Made by a program: the position numbers and the translations under genes
Source of the DNA: Eledone cirrhosa
Taxonomy: Eukaryota
DNA: 64,000 nucleotides
Reading direction: 5' to 3'
Assembly: GCA_964016885.1 (NCBI GenBank)
Contig: OZ024742.1
Span: 187,054,001 to 187,118,000 of the forward strand
The notes under the pieces: generated by a model
Told to the model about the DNA's origin: nothing
Databases searched by the model: none
The model's input: the letters and a program-made list of their open reading frames with translations, nothing else
In this document: one piece after another, positions 11,720-22,456 of the stretch
How the letters are laid out: each line of letters starts with the position of its first letter
How positions within the stretch are numbered: position 1 is the stretch's first letter

Positions 11720-13750
11720 TTACCGTACTTTTCGTAGAGGAGGGATGGTTTTTACATCCCTTTTCACTTGATCGTCTGGTGAAGGGACCGTTGAATCGTC
11801 CCTTCGGCTGGTCATCGTCTCTTCTATGAGTATGTCCGAATATACTCTTCGGTTGATAGTTCCTCCTAGGTCTCTGAAATCACCAACTGCGTTGGGGAAT
11901 TTCGTTTTAATGTTTGTGTATTGTTTCTGCGCTATTTTTAGCAGTCTTATGTTAGTTGGCGTTTTGATTGGTGCTGGTATTATGTAGTCGTGTTGTGAAA
12001 TGTCTGTGTGTTCAATTATGTAAGTTATTAGTTTCTTGTTGTGTGTATTTATTGCCGTGCATTTGCTTTTCTGGGGGTGGGGTGTGGTTCCGCTATTTTC
12101 TTGTCGTTTTTGCTGGGTGTGTGTGTTTTGTTGTTGTGTTTGCGATGGTGGTGCTTGTGGTGGTGGTGTTGAAGGTGTTGTTGTTGTTGGCGGTGGGGTT
12201 GTCGCCGGTGGTGATGGTGGTGCTAGTGTGGGTGGTGATGGTGTTGGTGGTGTTGCTGCTGTGAGTCTCTTTGCAGTAGACTTTACCCTTTTTTCATTTC
12301 TTTCCTCCCTTTTCAAAGGCGACGATGCGCTGCTTCTGCGTTTGTGCCTTCTTACGACCTTTTGCCATCCCTCTCCTACCTCACACCCCATGTCTGATTC
12401 TGTGAGGTCGGGGAGGGGTACCAGCTCCACTCTTTCACTTGTTGTTGTTGGTGATGTTTGCACTGGAGTCTCTGTTGCAGCTGCATTTGGTATTGCTGTT
12501 GTTGTTGTTGTTAATACTTCCACTGCTGCTCCTGTTTTTGACTTCCGTGGCGTGGGTATTGGTGCCACGGACCTATCGTTCCTGGTTGCCGTTTGTCCTG
12601 TTGCTGGTAGCCGTGGAGCCGGTTTCGGAAGGAGGGGGGTTTTCTCCTTTCTCAGGGTCTTCACGTTGCAGAAGGCCCTGAGGTGAGTCTTCGATCCACA
12701 GCGAAAGCATTTCGGGCGTTTGCCCTCAACACTTATGGGCAGTTCAGTGCCGTTATCGAAGTCTATCACATCCGGGATAGCTTCGATGCACTCCTGGTTG
12801 GTTTGGATTCACATCTCAATGGAGGTGCCGACCCAATCTTCTCTTACTTTTTTCTGTACTTGCAGTACAGTTGTTTTGTCCTAAATTCCGACGAGGACAG
12901 ACGCGGCCAGCCAAGAAGGGGCCATTCCGGCGGGGACGTGAGTCAGTTTGACCCTCACAATTTTTTGCCCGCAGTAGGAGGGCACCAACACCTTTTCCTC
13001 GCTCCTTAGGGTCACTACGGATTGAGCCTTTGCCTCCTGGGGTGTGGCAAAAAGTACGTCTACTGTGGCATATTTCTTGCCTCGGGTGATGTGTGTTTTC
13101 CGCTGCCACACAGACCCCAAAGCTTTTTGTATTTGAGCCTCTGTGGCTCTTTCCACCCTACGGGATTTTGTACTTACTGTACGGTACGTGACCGTACAAT
13201 GCTGTTGGGTTTCGAAAAATTTTTCCGCTGCCTTGCAGATTGCTCGGTGTCCAGTTTTTGTCACCATCATCTTCGCATTTGTTATGAGGATTGTTTCCAG
13301 GTTCTTCGCGATACCTGCAAACGATATTGGTTTTTCTTTGCTGCTGTTGTTGTTGTTGTTGTCGTCAGAGCTGCTGTTACTTTTGTTGTTGCTGCAGGTA
13401 CTACGACTACTGCCGCCGCCGCTGTTGCTCTGTTTGTTGTTGTTGCTGCTGCTGCTAATGCTGTTGTTGTTTATGCTGCTGCTGATGCTGCTGCTGATGC
13501 TGCTGCTGATGCTGTTGCGGCTGCTACTGTTGTTTTCATTGTCACTGTTGCTGTTGTTATTAGGGCTGCTACTGCTATTATTCCTGACGTCAGACGAATG
13601 AAATGGGTTTTCGTATTTCCCGCACGCCTGTTTCGTCGTCGTCGTGGAGAAATCTTGCACGCTTTGCACGAGACTTTTCTTTTCTGTCGTCGCTTGCGAA
13701 AGAGAAGGGAGAGAGAGAGACACATTTAAAGAAGGGAGGGAGAGAGACAA
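11720..13750 (-). pseudogene. Tx1 ORF1 (gag-like nucleic-acid-binding protein), frameshifted near 12800-12880
   Basis: ORFs 12881-13750 and 11720-12769; SFAGIAK motif, CFRCGSKTHLRAFC knuckle, Pro/Thr-rich tail. Confidence 0.8.
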
Positions 13751-14036
13751 TCTTCTCTCGGCTGTAGTGACGATGGAGGAATGAGTGGGAGTGACCTATG
13801 AAAATTATTTTTCGTAGCCATGTTGTTTTTTTGTTTAAAATAAATATTGGGCACAAAACCCCAATAAGCAGTTATTTAATCCCGAAGGGGCAAATAACGG
13901 GCAGAAAGACCCCTCTCACGAGGAGGAGGGTCTTTTTGTCTACAAGTTGGTAAAAGTTTTAAACAATTTACAATTGTTATAGCGGTCAAAATTTACAATA
14001 CCTTACAGAGCCGAGCCTCCGTCAACCATAGCATTC

Positions 14037-14067
<31 letters not shown>

Positions 14068-14070
<3 letters not shown>

Positions 14071-14811
14071 GGCTACAGAAGGAATGTTAATGGCTGCGCA
14101 GGAGCAGGCCCTCAAAACGAAGTGGTTGAAGCACCATATCTACAAGGAGGAGGCTAGCCCACTGTGCAGGATCTGTGGAGAGAGAGAGGAGACTGTGGCT
14201 CACATTGTGTCCGAGTGTAAACACCTAGCCCAGACCCACTATAAGGGCTGGAGACACGATGTGATGGGCAGGGTGATCCACTGGCACCTGTGCAAAGTAA
14301 ACAATCTACAACATTCTGAGAAATGGTATGAGCATAGGCCAGAGGCGGTGATGGAGAACAGTCAGGTGAAGGTGCTGTGGGATTTTAGGATACAGACGGA
14401 CAAAAAACTGGAACACAATAGACCTGACCTGGTGGTTGTGGACAAAGAAAAAAGATCGTGCCTGATTGTGGATGTGGCCTGCCCGTTCGACACGAGAGTG
14501 CAAGAGAAGGAGAGGGAGAAAATTAACCGATACCAGGACCTAAAGTGGGAGGTGAAAAGGATTTGGAACTGCCATGAAGTCAAAGTGATCCCGATTGTCA
14601 TAGGCGCACTGGGGACTATCTCCAAAGGTTTCCAGGGATGGTTAAAGAAAATCGGCCCCTTCACGCTTTTTGGAACGCTTCAAAAGGCATGCTTGCTTGG
14701 AACAGCAAGAACCCTCCGATACGTCCTGAATATCTGAGGCTGCAGGTAGTAGCTTGATATTCAATCCAACGGACTTTCCAGTTAACCAATATCAATGACT
14801 GAGATTCAAGG
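14068..14811 (+). mobile_element. R4/Dong family A, 5'-truncated copy
   Basis: ORF 14084-14737 with Zn knuckle and RLE, near-identical to 1-660. Flanked by (AAT)n. Confidence 0.92.
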
Positions 14812-14823
14812 AATAACAATAAC

Positions 14824-14853
<30 letters not shown>

Positions 14854-14855
<2 letters not shown>

Positions 14856-15509
14856 TTTCTTTATTGGCCACAAGAGCTGACATCAAGAAAAACATTACAG
14901 ACGGCACAGGACGGTACAGGACGGTACGATGTGGGTTTTGTGCGTGTAAATATTTTTATTATTTATATAAGAAAAGAAAAAAAAGGACATAGAAACATAT
15001 ATATATATAAACAATAAAAATGAAAATTGAAACAATGAAAAATTCACCAATAGGGGGGAAACCTCCGAGGGTTACTCGTGGCGAAAACCACACAAAAGAC
15101 CATGGCCACCCTGACCACCAGGACAAGCGCCCTCTCTCAATTTTTCCATCTCTCAAACTACAGACATATATTCAGAGCGGTCCCGTTAACTCGGACCATT
15201 CTCGCTACATTCACCCACCTTTCAACAAACTTGCTAGAAGGCAGCACTTGCCTCTCCACCCTGATTTTCCTCTTCAAGTGAAACTTGAAAAAGGTAATTA
15301 GGGATTCGCCGAAGAGGAAAGTGTTCGTCTTTAAACCTTTTAACCTTGTCCACCACACAATCTCTTTCGCCATGGCCACCAGGCAGATGAAAACCGCCTG
15401 CCCTTCCTCCTCGAAGGAAGACGGCGAGACCATCTGCACAATGGACTCAGTTGACAACCGGACCAGTCCTCCACGCGACAGCAACTGTTCGACATAGCTC
15501 CATAAGTCA

Positions 15510-15511
<2 letters not shown>
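14854..15511 (-). mobile_element. Tx1-clade element, heavily 5'-truncated (related subfamily)
   Basis: C-terminus DLWSYVEQLLSR..AMAKEIVWWTRLKG..FVERW homologous to 8274-8579. AATAAA 3' end. Flanked by (AAT)n on both sides. Confidence 0.88.
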
Positions 15512-15557
<46 letters not shown>

Positions 15558-15558
<1 letters not shown>

Positions 15559-17956
15559 GAAAAACCAGCAAATGGAAATCCCCAGGAAAAGACAAAATAC
15601 AAAACTTTTGGATAAATGCCTTCACAGAGTCTCATGAGCTGTTAGCCCAACTTTACAATGAAGTAGTTAAGCAGCCAGAAAAGATACCATCATGGCTAGT
15701 TAACGGCATTACATTCCTGCTACCGAAGAATGATGAGACAAACAATCCCAAAAATTACAGACCGATAACCTGCTTGACCACAATGTATAAAATGTTAACA
15801 TCAGTCCTAACTGAATACACATATGACCACCTGATAACAAATGACCTATTTCCCATTGAGCAGAAAGGGTGTAAACGAGGCTCATATGGCTGTAAGGATC
15901 AGCTTCTGGTTAACAAAATGATACTGGAAGATTGTCATAATAGACACAAAAATCTATCGATTGCTTGGATAGATTATAAAAAAGCATTTGATAGTTTGCC
16001 ACACAGTTGGATTGAAAAATGTTTAGAGATTTTCAAAATATCCCCCGTTATCAGGAGGTTTTTGTCATTCAGTATGAGGACATGGAGAACGACACTCCTT
16101 TTGAATAGTGAAACAAAATCACTGGAAGCTGGAGAAGTTAACATTAATTGTGGAATTTTTCAGGGTGACTCTTTATCACCGCTTTTATTCTGCATCGCAC
16201 TTATACCATTAAGTAAAATGCTCAATGAAACAAAACATGGTTACAGAGTCTATGACAAGACCATTAATCACCTGTTCTACATGGATGACCTGAAACTATT
16301 TGCAAAAAATGATGAACAATTGCAAGGGCTATTGTCCATTGTGAAGCAGTTCAGTGATGACATTAAAATGGAGTTTGGACTGGATAAATGCGCCAAAGCA
16401 ACGTTCACCAGAGGAAAGCTGCTGAAGAGTTCAGACATTAATCTTGATCGGGGGAATGTGATAAGAGAGCTTGATCAAGAACAAACTTACAAATATCTAG
16501 GAGTTTGTGAAGGAGACGGAATCAAGCACTCGACAATGAGGGAAAGGATAAGGAAGGAATGTTACCGCAGAGTCAGAGCAATCTTAAGAACGGAATTGAA
16601 TGCAAGGAATAGGATCGATGCCATATACACGCTTGCCATACCAGTAGTAACCTACAGTTACAATGTCATCAACTGGTCAAGCACAGAGATCCGTAGGCTC
16701 GATACAAAAATCCGAAAATTCTTAACCATGCACAGAATGCATCACCCTAAGGCAGACATAGATAGAATATATCTCCCTAGGAAAGAAGGAGGACGTGGGT
16801 TAATCCAGTTAGGCATTGCGTTGAAAACAGCAACAATTGGATTATCCACATATCTAAGGGAATCACATGATTGGATGATCAAACTCGTTTTGAAACACGA
16901 AAGCACCAAAAGATCATATTCCATTACAAAAGATGCACAAAGATACAGTAATGGACTACAAATTTCAGAAGTCCCATTTACTGCTGAAATGGAAAACACA
17001 GAAAAAGCAAAGCAGGTAAAAGTAACTGCAAAGAAAGAACTGCTACAGAAACTGGCTAAGAAATGGCAAGAAAAGCCTCTGTATGGAAAATACCCAGAGC
17101 GAGCTAACAATCCTGATGTTGACAAAACTTTAACCCATCAGTGGTTGGCATCCTCTGGACTGAAATCGGAGACTGAAGGACTGATTATATCGGCACAAGA
17201 TCAGTGTCTGCCAACAAAAAATTACCAAGCCAACATAATAAAAAATGGGTGCAGCCCATTATGCCGTATATGCAAAAAACAACCAGAGACCATTGACCAT
17301 ATAATTTCAATGTGCAGTCCTATAGCTCCAACCGAATACCTAAACAGGCATGACAGAGCTGCACAATACATACATTGGATAATGTGTAAGCATTTTGACC
17401 TGCCCCATCAAAAGAATTGGTGGGAGCATCAACCACCTCCCATACTTGAAAAAGATCACATCTCAATCTTGTGGAACTTTAGCATCCAAACAGACCGAAA
17501 AATAGATGCAAATAGACCTGATATAATATTGAAGGACTTTCAAAGGAGGGTATGCCTGCTAATTGATATGTCTGTTCCAATAGACAAGAATGTATCTATA
17601 AAAACATTTGAAAAATTGAACCTGGAGATAGAAATTGAAAAATGTGGAAATTGAGAACTAAAACAATACCAGTGGTTGTAGGCGCTCTGGGAATGATACC
17701 TAAGGGGTCTAACGACTACTTATCGCAAATCCCAGGAAACCCGCGTATAGGAGAAATACAAAAGATAGTACTAATGGGAACTGCCCATATACTAAGGAAG
17801 ATTCTGTCAATATAAGTACATCACAAGTCTAAACACTAAGGATGCATGTGTGAATATGTGTGTTCTTTCTTGAACATGGCGGACCTTGTTGTCTCTTGAG
17901 GTCACTGGTTGTGACTTGGTGATAACTCGTATAAACATAAAGCAAGATAAATGCAA
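15558..17956 (+). mobile_element. R4/Dong family B, 5'-truncated copy
   Basis: ORF 15774-17654 (RT, Zn, RLE) with small deletions near 17620-17640. Flanked by (TAA)n. Confidence 0.93.
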
Positions 17957-17980
17957 ATAATAATAATAATAATAATAATA

Positions 17981-18264
17981 AAAGATCGTGCCTGATTGTA
18001 GATGTAGCCTGCAAATTTGACACGAGAGTGCAAGAAACGGAAAGGGAAAAATAAATTAACCTATACCAGGATTTAAAGTGGGAGTTAAAAAAGATTTGGA
18101 ACTGACATGAAATCAAGGCCATCCCGATTGTCATAGGTGCACTAGATACTATCTCAAAGAGTTTCCAAGGATGGTTAAAGAAGATTAGTCCAGCCCCGCT
18201 TTTTGAAACACTTCAAAAGGCATGCTTGCTGGGAATAGCAAGAACCGTCCGATACGTCCTGAAT
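17981..18264 (+). mobile_element. Diverged R4/Dong family A fragment
   Basis: AAAGATCGTGCCTGATTGT..TACGTCCTGAAT is homologous to 14451-14731 but more diverged. The 3' UTR is replaced by a hairpin element. Confidence 0.85.
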
Positions 18265-18577
18265 TTGGCCGGACTCTGGAATCAAAAGCTCGTCGGATCT
18301 CTGTTATAGTAATGACAGTAGTAATGTAGTAATGTCATTATTACAGCAGAGGTCCGACGAGCTTTTGATTCCAGAGTCGGGCCAGATTAATACAGATCAA
18401 ACCCTGAGCTGATCAATAGCGAAACGCGCATCACCAATAAACGTAATGAAGGAGCAACCATTCGTCCATGTATTATTACATTACACTCTGCCTAGCTGTA
18501 CACCTCGCTACTGACGTGAACCTAAACATCGAGTGCTCACCCGGGTGAACCTACAGTAACTCCAAGTTACACTCCCT

Positions 18578-18580
<3 letters not shown>
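18262..18580 (+). mobile_element. Fold-back element with a degenerate hammerhead-like motif (Penelope-like terminus)
   Basis: Inverted repeat 18262-~18315 versus ~18332-18388, followed by CTGA-GCT(GATCAAT)AGC-GAAACGCG and AATAAA. Ends at (TA)n. Confidence 0.5.
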
Positions 18581-18615
<35 letters not shown>

Positions 18616-19216
18616 CCACGAATCTAATTAACTATCGATTTCAGGGTCGGGCATGATCGATACTGATCGCACCTGACCTGATCTATCTCGATACGCGAGT
18701 CACACACGAATGAACATAGTGTTGCTATTGTTACCTTGTTCCTACTCCTTATTCTATGTAAATATATATAATATATATATATATATATATGTGCAGAGAG
18801 AGAGAGACAGGGGGAGAGAGTATATAAAGAGAGAGATGGGGGGAGTCTGTGGTGTTGAGACCTAGGAGACCACTAATCATGAGAGCGCTCAATCGATGGG
18901 GGAGATGCAAAGTGGATATAGAGATATGTAAAATTTCGATCGCGGCGCAGCTGTTTCTTCTTGTGTCACAAGCCGAACCCGCTTGGCACCACGGGTGGTA
19001 CTTTACTCTGTCTCTTTATGTTATATTTATTTTATTAAGGTTAAATAGTTAATCTTGTTCTCCGGAGTTTTGCATGTTTAATAGGCGAATCTCCAGAGTA
19101 ATACATCTCACTATGCAGCTTTCATAAAATGAATATTTTTATATATATATTCTTTTACTTTTCTTTTACCTGTTCGAGCTATCCGGCCAAGCCCATGCTG
19201 GGGCACCGCTCTCCCC

Positions 19217-19255
<39 letters not shown>

Positions 19256-19332
19256 TATATATATGTTTATATATATATATATGATTATAAATATAATATA
19301 TACATATACATATAATATATATATATGTATAT

Positions 19333-19372
<40 letters not shown>

Positions 19373-19374
<2 letters not shown>

Positions 19375-20836
19375 GGAAAAATTTGAACAGGGACAAAACA
19401 GAGAGGCAGTACAACAAATGTTTATTAATTTCACGCTCTGGAGAGTGGGGTGTTGGTGGGGGACGACGTTTCGGGCATAAGCCCTTCCTCAGGTGGGAAG
19501 TGTGTGGGAACAGAGTTCAAAGGGTGTGTAGGGGAGTGGTGGAGAGACATATAGCGAAAGGAAACGGTGCGAATGAAAAAATAAAAAAATAAAGATAAAA
19601 ATAAAAATAAAGCATGATCAAATTACAAGGAATGAGATAAATTTAAAAATAAAGGCATGATCAAAATAAACTGAATTTAAAGGGGGGTTAAACAGGTGGT
19701 GGAAGGGTGTGGGTGTGTAGGGGTGGTGGCGGGCGGAGTGGGGAGAGGGAGACGGGGTGTCCGAGCGGGGAGGGCTGAAGGTGGTGTGTGTGTGTAGGTA
19801 TGCGTGTGTGTGTGTATGTGAAAGTAAGGGGTGGGGGAAGAACGGGGTTGCATGATCAGGAAGAGGTGTGTGTGTGTGTGGGGGGGAGTTTGTGGGTCGG
19901 AGTGTCTGTGCGTGTGTGGATAGAGGGGTGGGGGGAGACGAATCAGGAGGCTGAGGGTGTAGATATGTGGTGGAAAGCACGTGTGTGGGGTTTAAGCGTG
20001 TTGTGGGTGCAGGTGGCGTGTGGAGAAAGAAATGTTTTTGGGGGTGTGTGTGTGGGTGAGTTATATAGGTGGTTACGTAAGAGGATGGTTGAAAAGTTGG
20101 TAAATTCCGAAGATGTTTAGTGGATTGGTGGCTGGTCAATTTCTGCGTGTGGGTATTCCATGAAGCGATGGTCGGTAGAGGAGAGATGTGGGGTGCGCGC
20201 GCAACAGGAAGTGGTCAGCAGTGGGAGTGCTGTGGTCTGTTTGTGCTGGGAGGTGGTCAGAGGGCATAGCAGCAGTCGGTGGAATGGTAAAGGGGCGAAG
20301 ATGGGTAGGTGTGAAAGTTGGAGTGAGGAGGGTGTGTATGTTTGTGTATTAGTAGGGGTGTTAGTGGGATGAGTGAGTGTTGAGCGACGGTGTGGGTGGA
20401 GCGGGGAGAGAAGGGTGTGTGTGGTTCTATGGAGGGAGTGTGGTGTACTGGTGTGTGTGTAGTTTGATGAAAAGGTGTTAGTGTGTGTTAGTATACGGGT
20501 GGTGGGGAGGGGTTGAATGCAGGTGTGAGTGGGGGTTAGTGGTGGTAGGGTGTGTAGAGTTGGTGGTGTACGAGGGTGTGTGGGTACGTGTGCGTGGGGT
20601 TGGGGGGTGTTAGTGATGTTAGTTGCGTGAGGGGTGGGTGGTGGAAGTGGGTGCGTGTGTTCGTGTGCTTGGGGTTAGGGGGTGTTAGTGAGGTTAGTTG
20701 CGGGGTGGTGGGATGGAGGTGTGGGGGTGAGAGGTGTGGGGGTGAGGGTTAGTGGTGGTAGTAGGGTGTGTGTTTAGTGTGAGCGCGTGTATATATGTGC
20801 CGGTGGGTGTGTGCGTGTGATAAGGAGGGGGGAGGA

Positions 20837-20839
<3 letters not shown>
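19373..20839 (-). mobile_element. Degenerate Penelope-like element between (TA)n tracts
   Basis: The - strand has hammerhead core CTGAGGA-AGGGC TTAT GCCC-GAAACGTCG (19462-19492) followed by AATAAA. The body is C/A-rich low complexity. Confidence 0.45.
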
Positions 20840-20908
<69 letters not shown>

Positions 20909-21053
20909 GATTTTGAGTATATGCTGGTTGTATACCAACACCTCAATATGCAGACTGGAGCACTCGACGAAGTGCGCAGGTTGGTTTGGTTACTCCGGAG
21001 TAATGTAAAGTAAAATAAATAAGTCAAATGTTTAAAATTTATCTTCGTTTATT

Positions 21054-21108
21054 ACTGCTATATATATTTCGGTGACAGCCATCTTTGGCTGTGACCTCTT
21101 CAGGCAGT
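21054..21108 (-). ncRNA. Minimal type-I hammerhead ribozyme
   Basis: ACTGC-CTGAAGA-GGTcACAGCCA(AAGA)TGGCTGTcACC-GAAA-TATATA-TA-GCAGT. Stem I 5 bp, stem II ~10 bp, palindromic stem III. AATAAA follows immediately. Confidence 0.85.
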
Positions 21109-22131
21109 CCGAATTAGTGTGGTAGAGACAAGTACATATGTTGTTGAGGTGTATAATTTTGTCAATACTCTGATATGCCCAGTTCCTGGTTGGGTTGTTA
21201 TTTCACTGAGGAACTGGAATCATATGAATTCCAACAAACGAATTTCAGTGTCAAAGGGCCTCTTCTCTTCTCATTAGTCAGTTGTTAGAACATTCCTCAT
21301 TCAAAAGTCTATAGAAATTCGTTCTGAGGCAAGCCATTCTGTAGTTGTTGTTCTTGTTATTGTTAGGTACATCTGACCTCAATTTTTGTGTTGGTAGTGT
21401 TGTTATTGTTGGAGTTAGCTTAACAAAATTGATAAAGTGGTAGAAGGAACAAAGTGGTAAAGGAACAAAATACCAAAAAAATGTTAAACTTCCCATTGGT
21501 CAGTTTTGAGAGCATTCCTCAGTCAGATGTCTATAGAAATTCTTTCTGGGGTGAGGCTCCCTGTAGTGTTTGTGTTTGCTATTGTTAAGTACATTTGACC
21601 TCTACCCTTATTTCGGTAGTGTTGTTGGTGTTGTGGTCAGTTTATGTCTCGCTTCTGTTGACAATTTAGAAGTATCTGTGTGTGTTTTTTCTTCATCCCT
21701 CCTGCCACCATCTCTCATAGTGGTGGTGTTGGGGTGGGGGGTGGGGTTCTTCCATGTATATGAAGAAATATAAGGCAATAAATGAAGAAAACAGAAAAAA
21801 AAATATATATTTATTATATATATATATATATATATATTTCGTATATATATAATATATATATATATATATTCGTATATATAATGGCATAAAAAATCCTTAT
21901 ATTCATGTATATGGGGAAAGGCTTTTCTTTTAAACGTCTATTGTTAAAGACACCTCTACATTTGCGTTTCAAGATCTTTATTAAATCGCTTTCGAAGTTT
22001 CTTCAAAGGAATTTCAGCCGGATTATTAGAAATTACCAGGGCGATCTAATAAAGAAATCGTATAGATGTGTTTTAACAACACAATATGTGTGCGTGTGTG
22101 TTTGAGATAGATAGATAGATAGATAGATAGA

Positions 22132-22243
22132 TGTTTCTTTATTAGTCACAGGGGCACAAAAGAAGGGGACAAATACAAGGGGTGAAGTTTACATACAATA
22201 AAAACGTGTAAAATACTATCACAAATGCAATTGAAAAATTAAT
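22132..22243 (-). mobile_element. Tx1 3'-UTR-only insertion in (GATA)n
   Basis: Closely matches the 3' UTR at 24556-24672. Flanked by GATA repeats. Confidence 0.75.
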
Positions 22244-22305
22244 CGATAGATAGATAGATAGAGAGATAGAGAGAAATAGAGAGAGAGAGCGAGAGAGAGT
22301 GTGGC

Positions 22306-22380
<75 letters not shown>

Positions 22381-22456
22381 GAGGGATAGTTAGATAGATA
22401 AATAGATAGATAGATAGAGAGAGAGAGAGGGAGAGAGTATGAGGGATAGATAGATA

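Larger units (their letters stand above)
8019..14036 (-). mobile_element. Full-length Tx1-clade (L1 group) non-LTR retrotransposon, frameshifted
   Basis: ORF1 with CCHC knuckle, then ORF2 APE-RT-Zn. The - strand 3' end is AATAAAGAAAAAAAT joined to (ATT)n. The 5' end abuts (AAT)n at 14037. Confidence 0.92.

Noticed and set aside
661-17980. Repeat-spacer pattern resembling CRISPR or an integron cassette array
   Set aside because: The repeats are variable-length microsatellites and the spacers are retrotransposons; eukaryotic context and no cas or integrase genes.
19462-19492. Hammerhead core on the - strand as an active ribozyme
   Set aside because: Core and stem II are present but stem I cannot form beyond 2 bp, so it is kept only as a degenerate Penelope marker.
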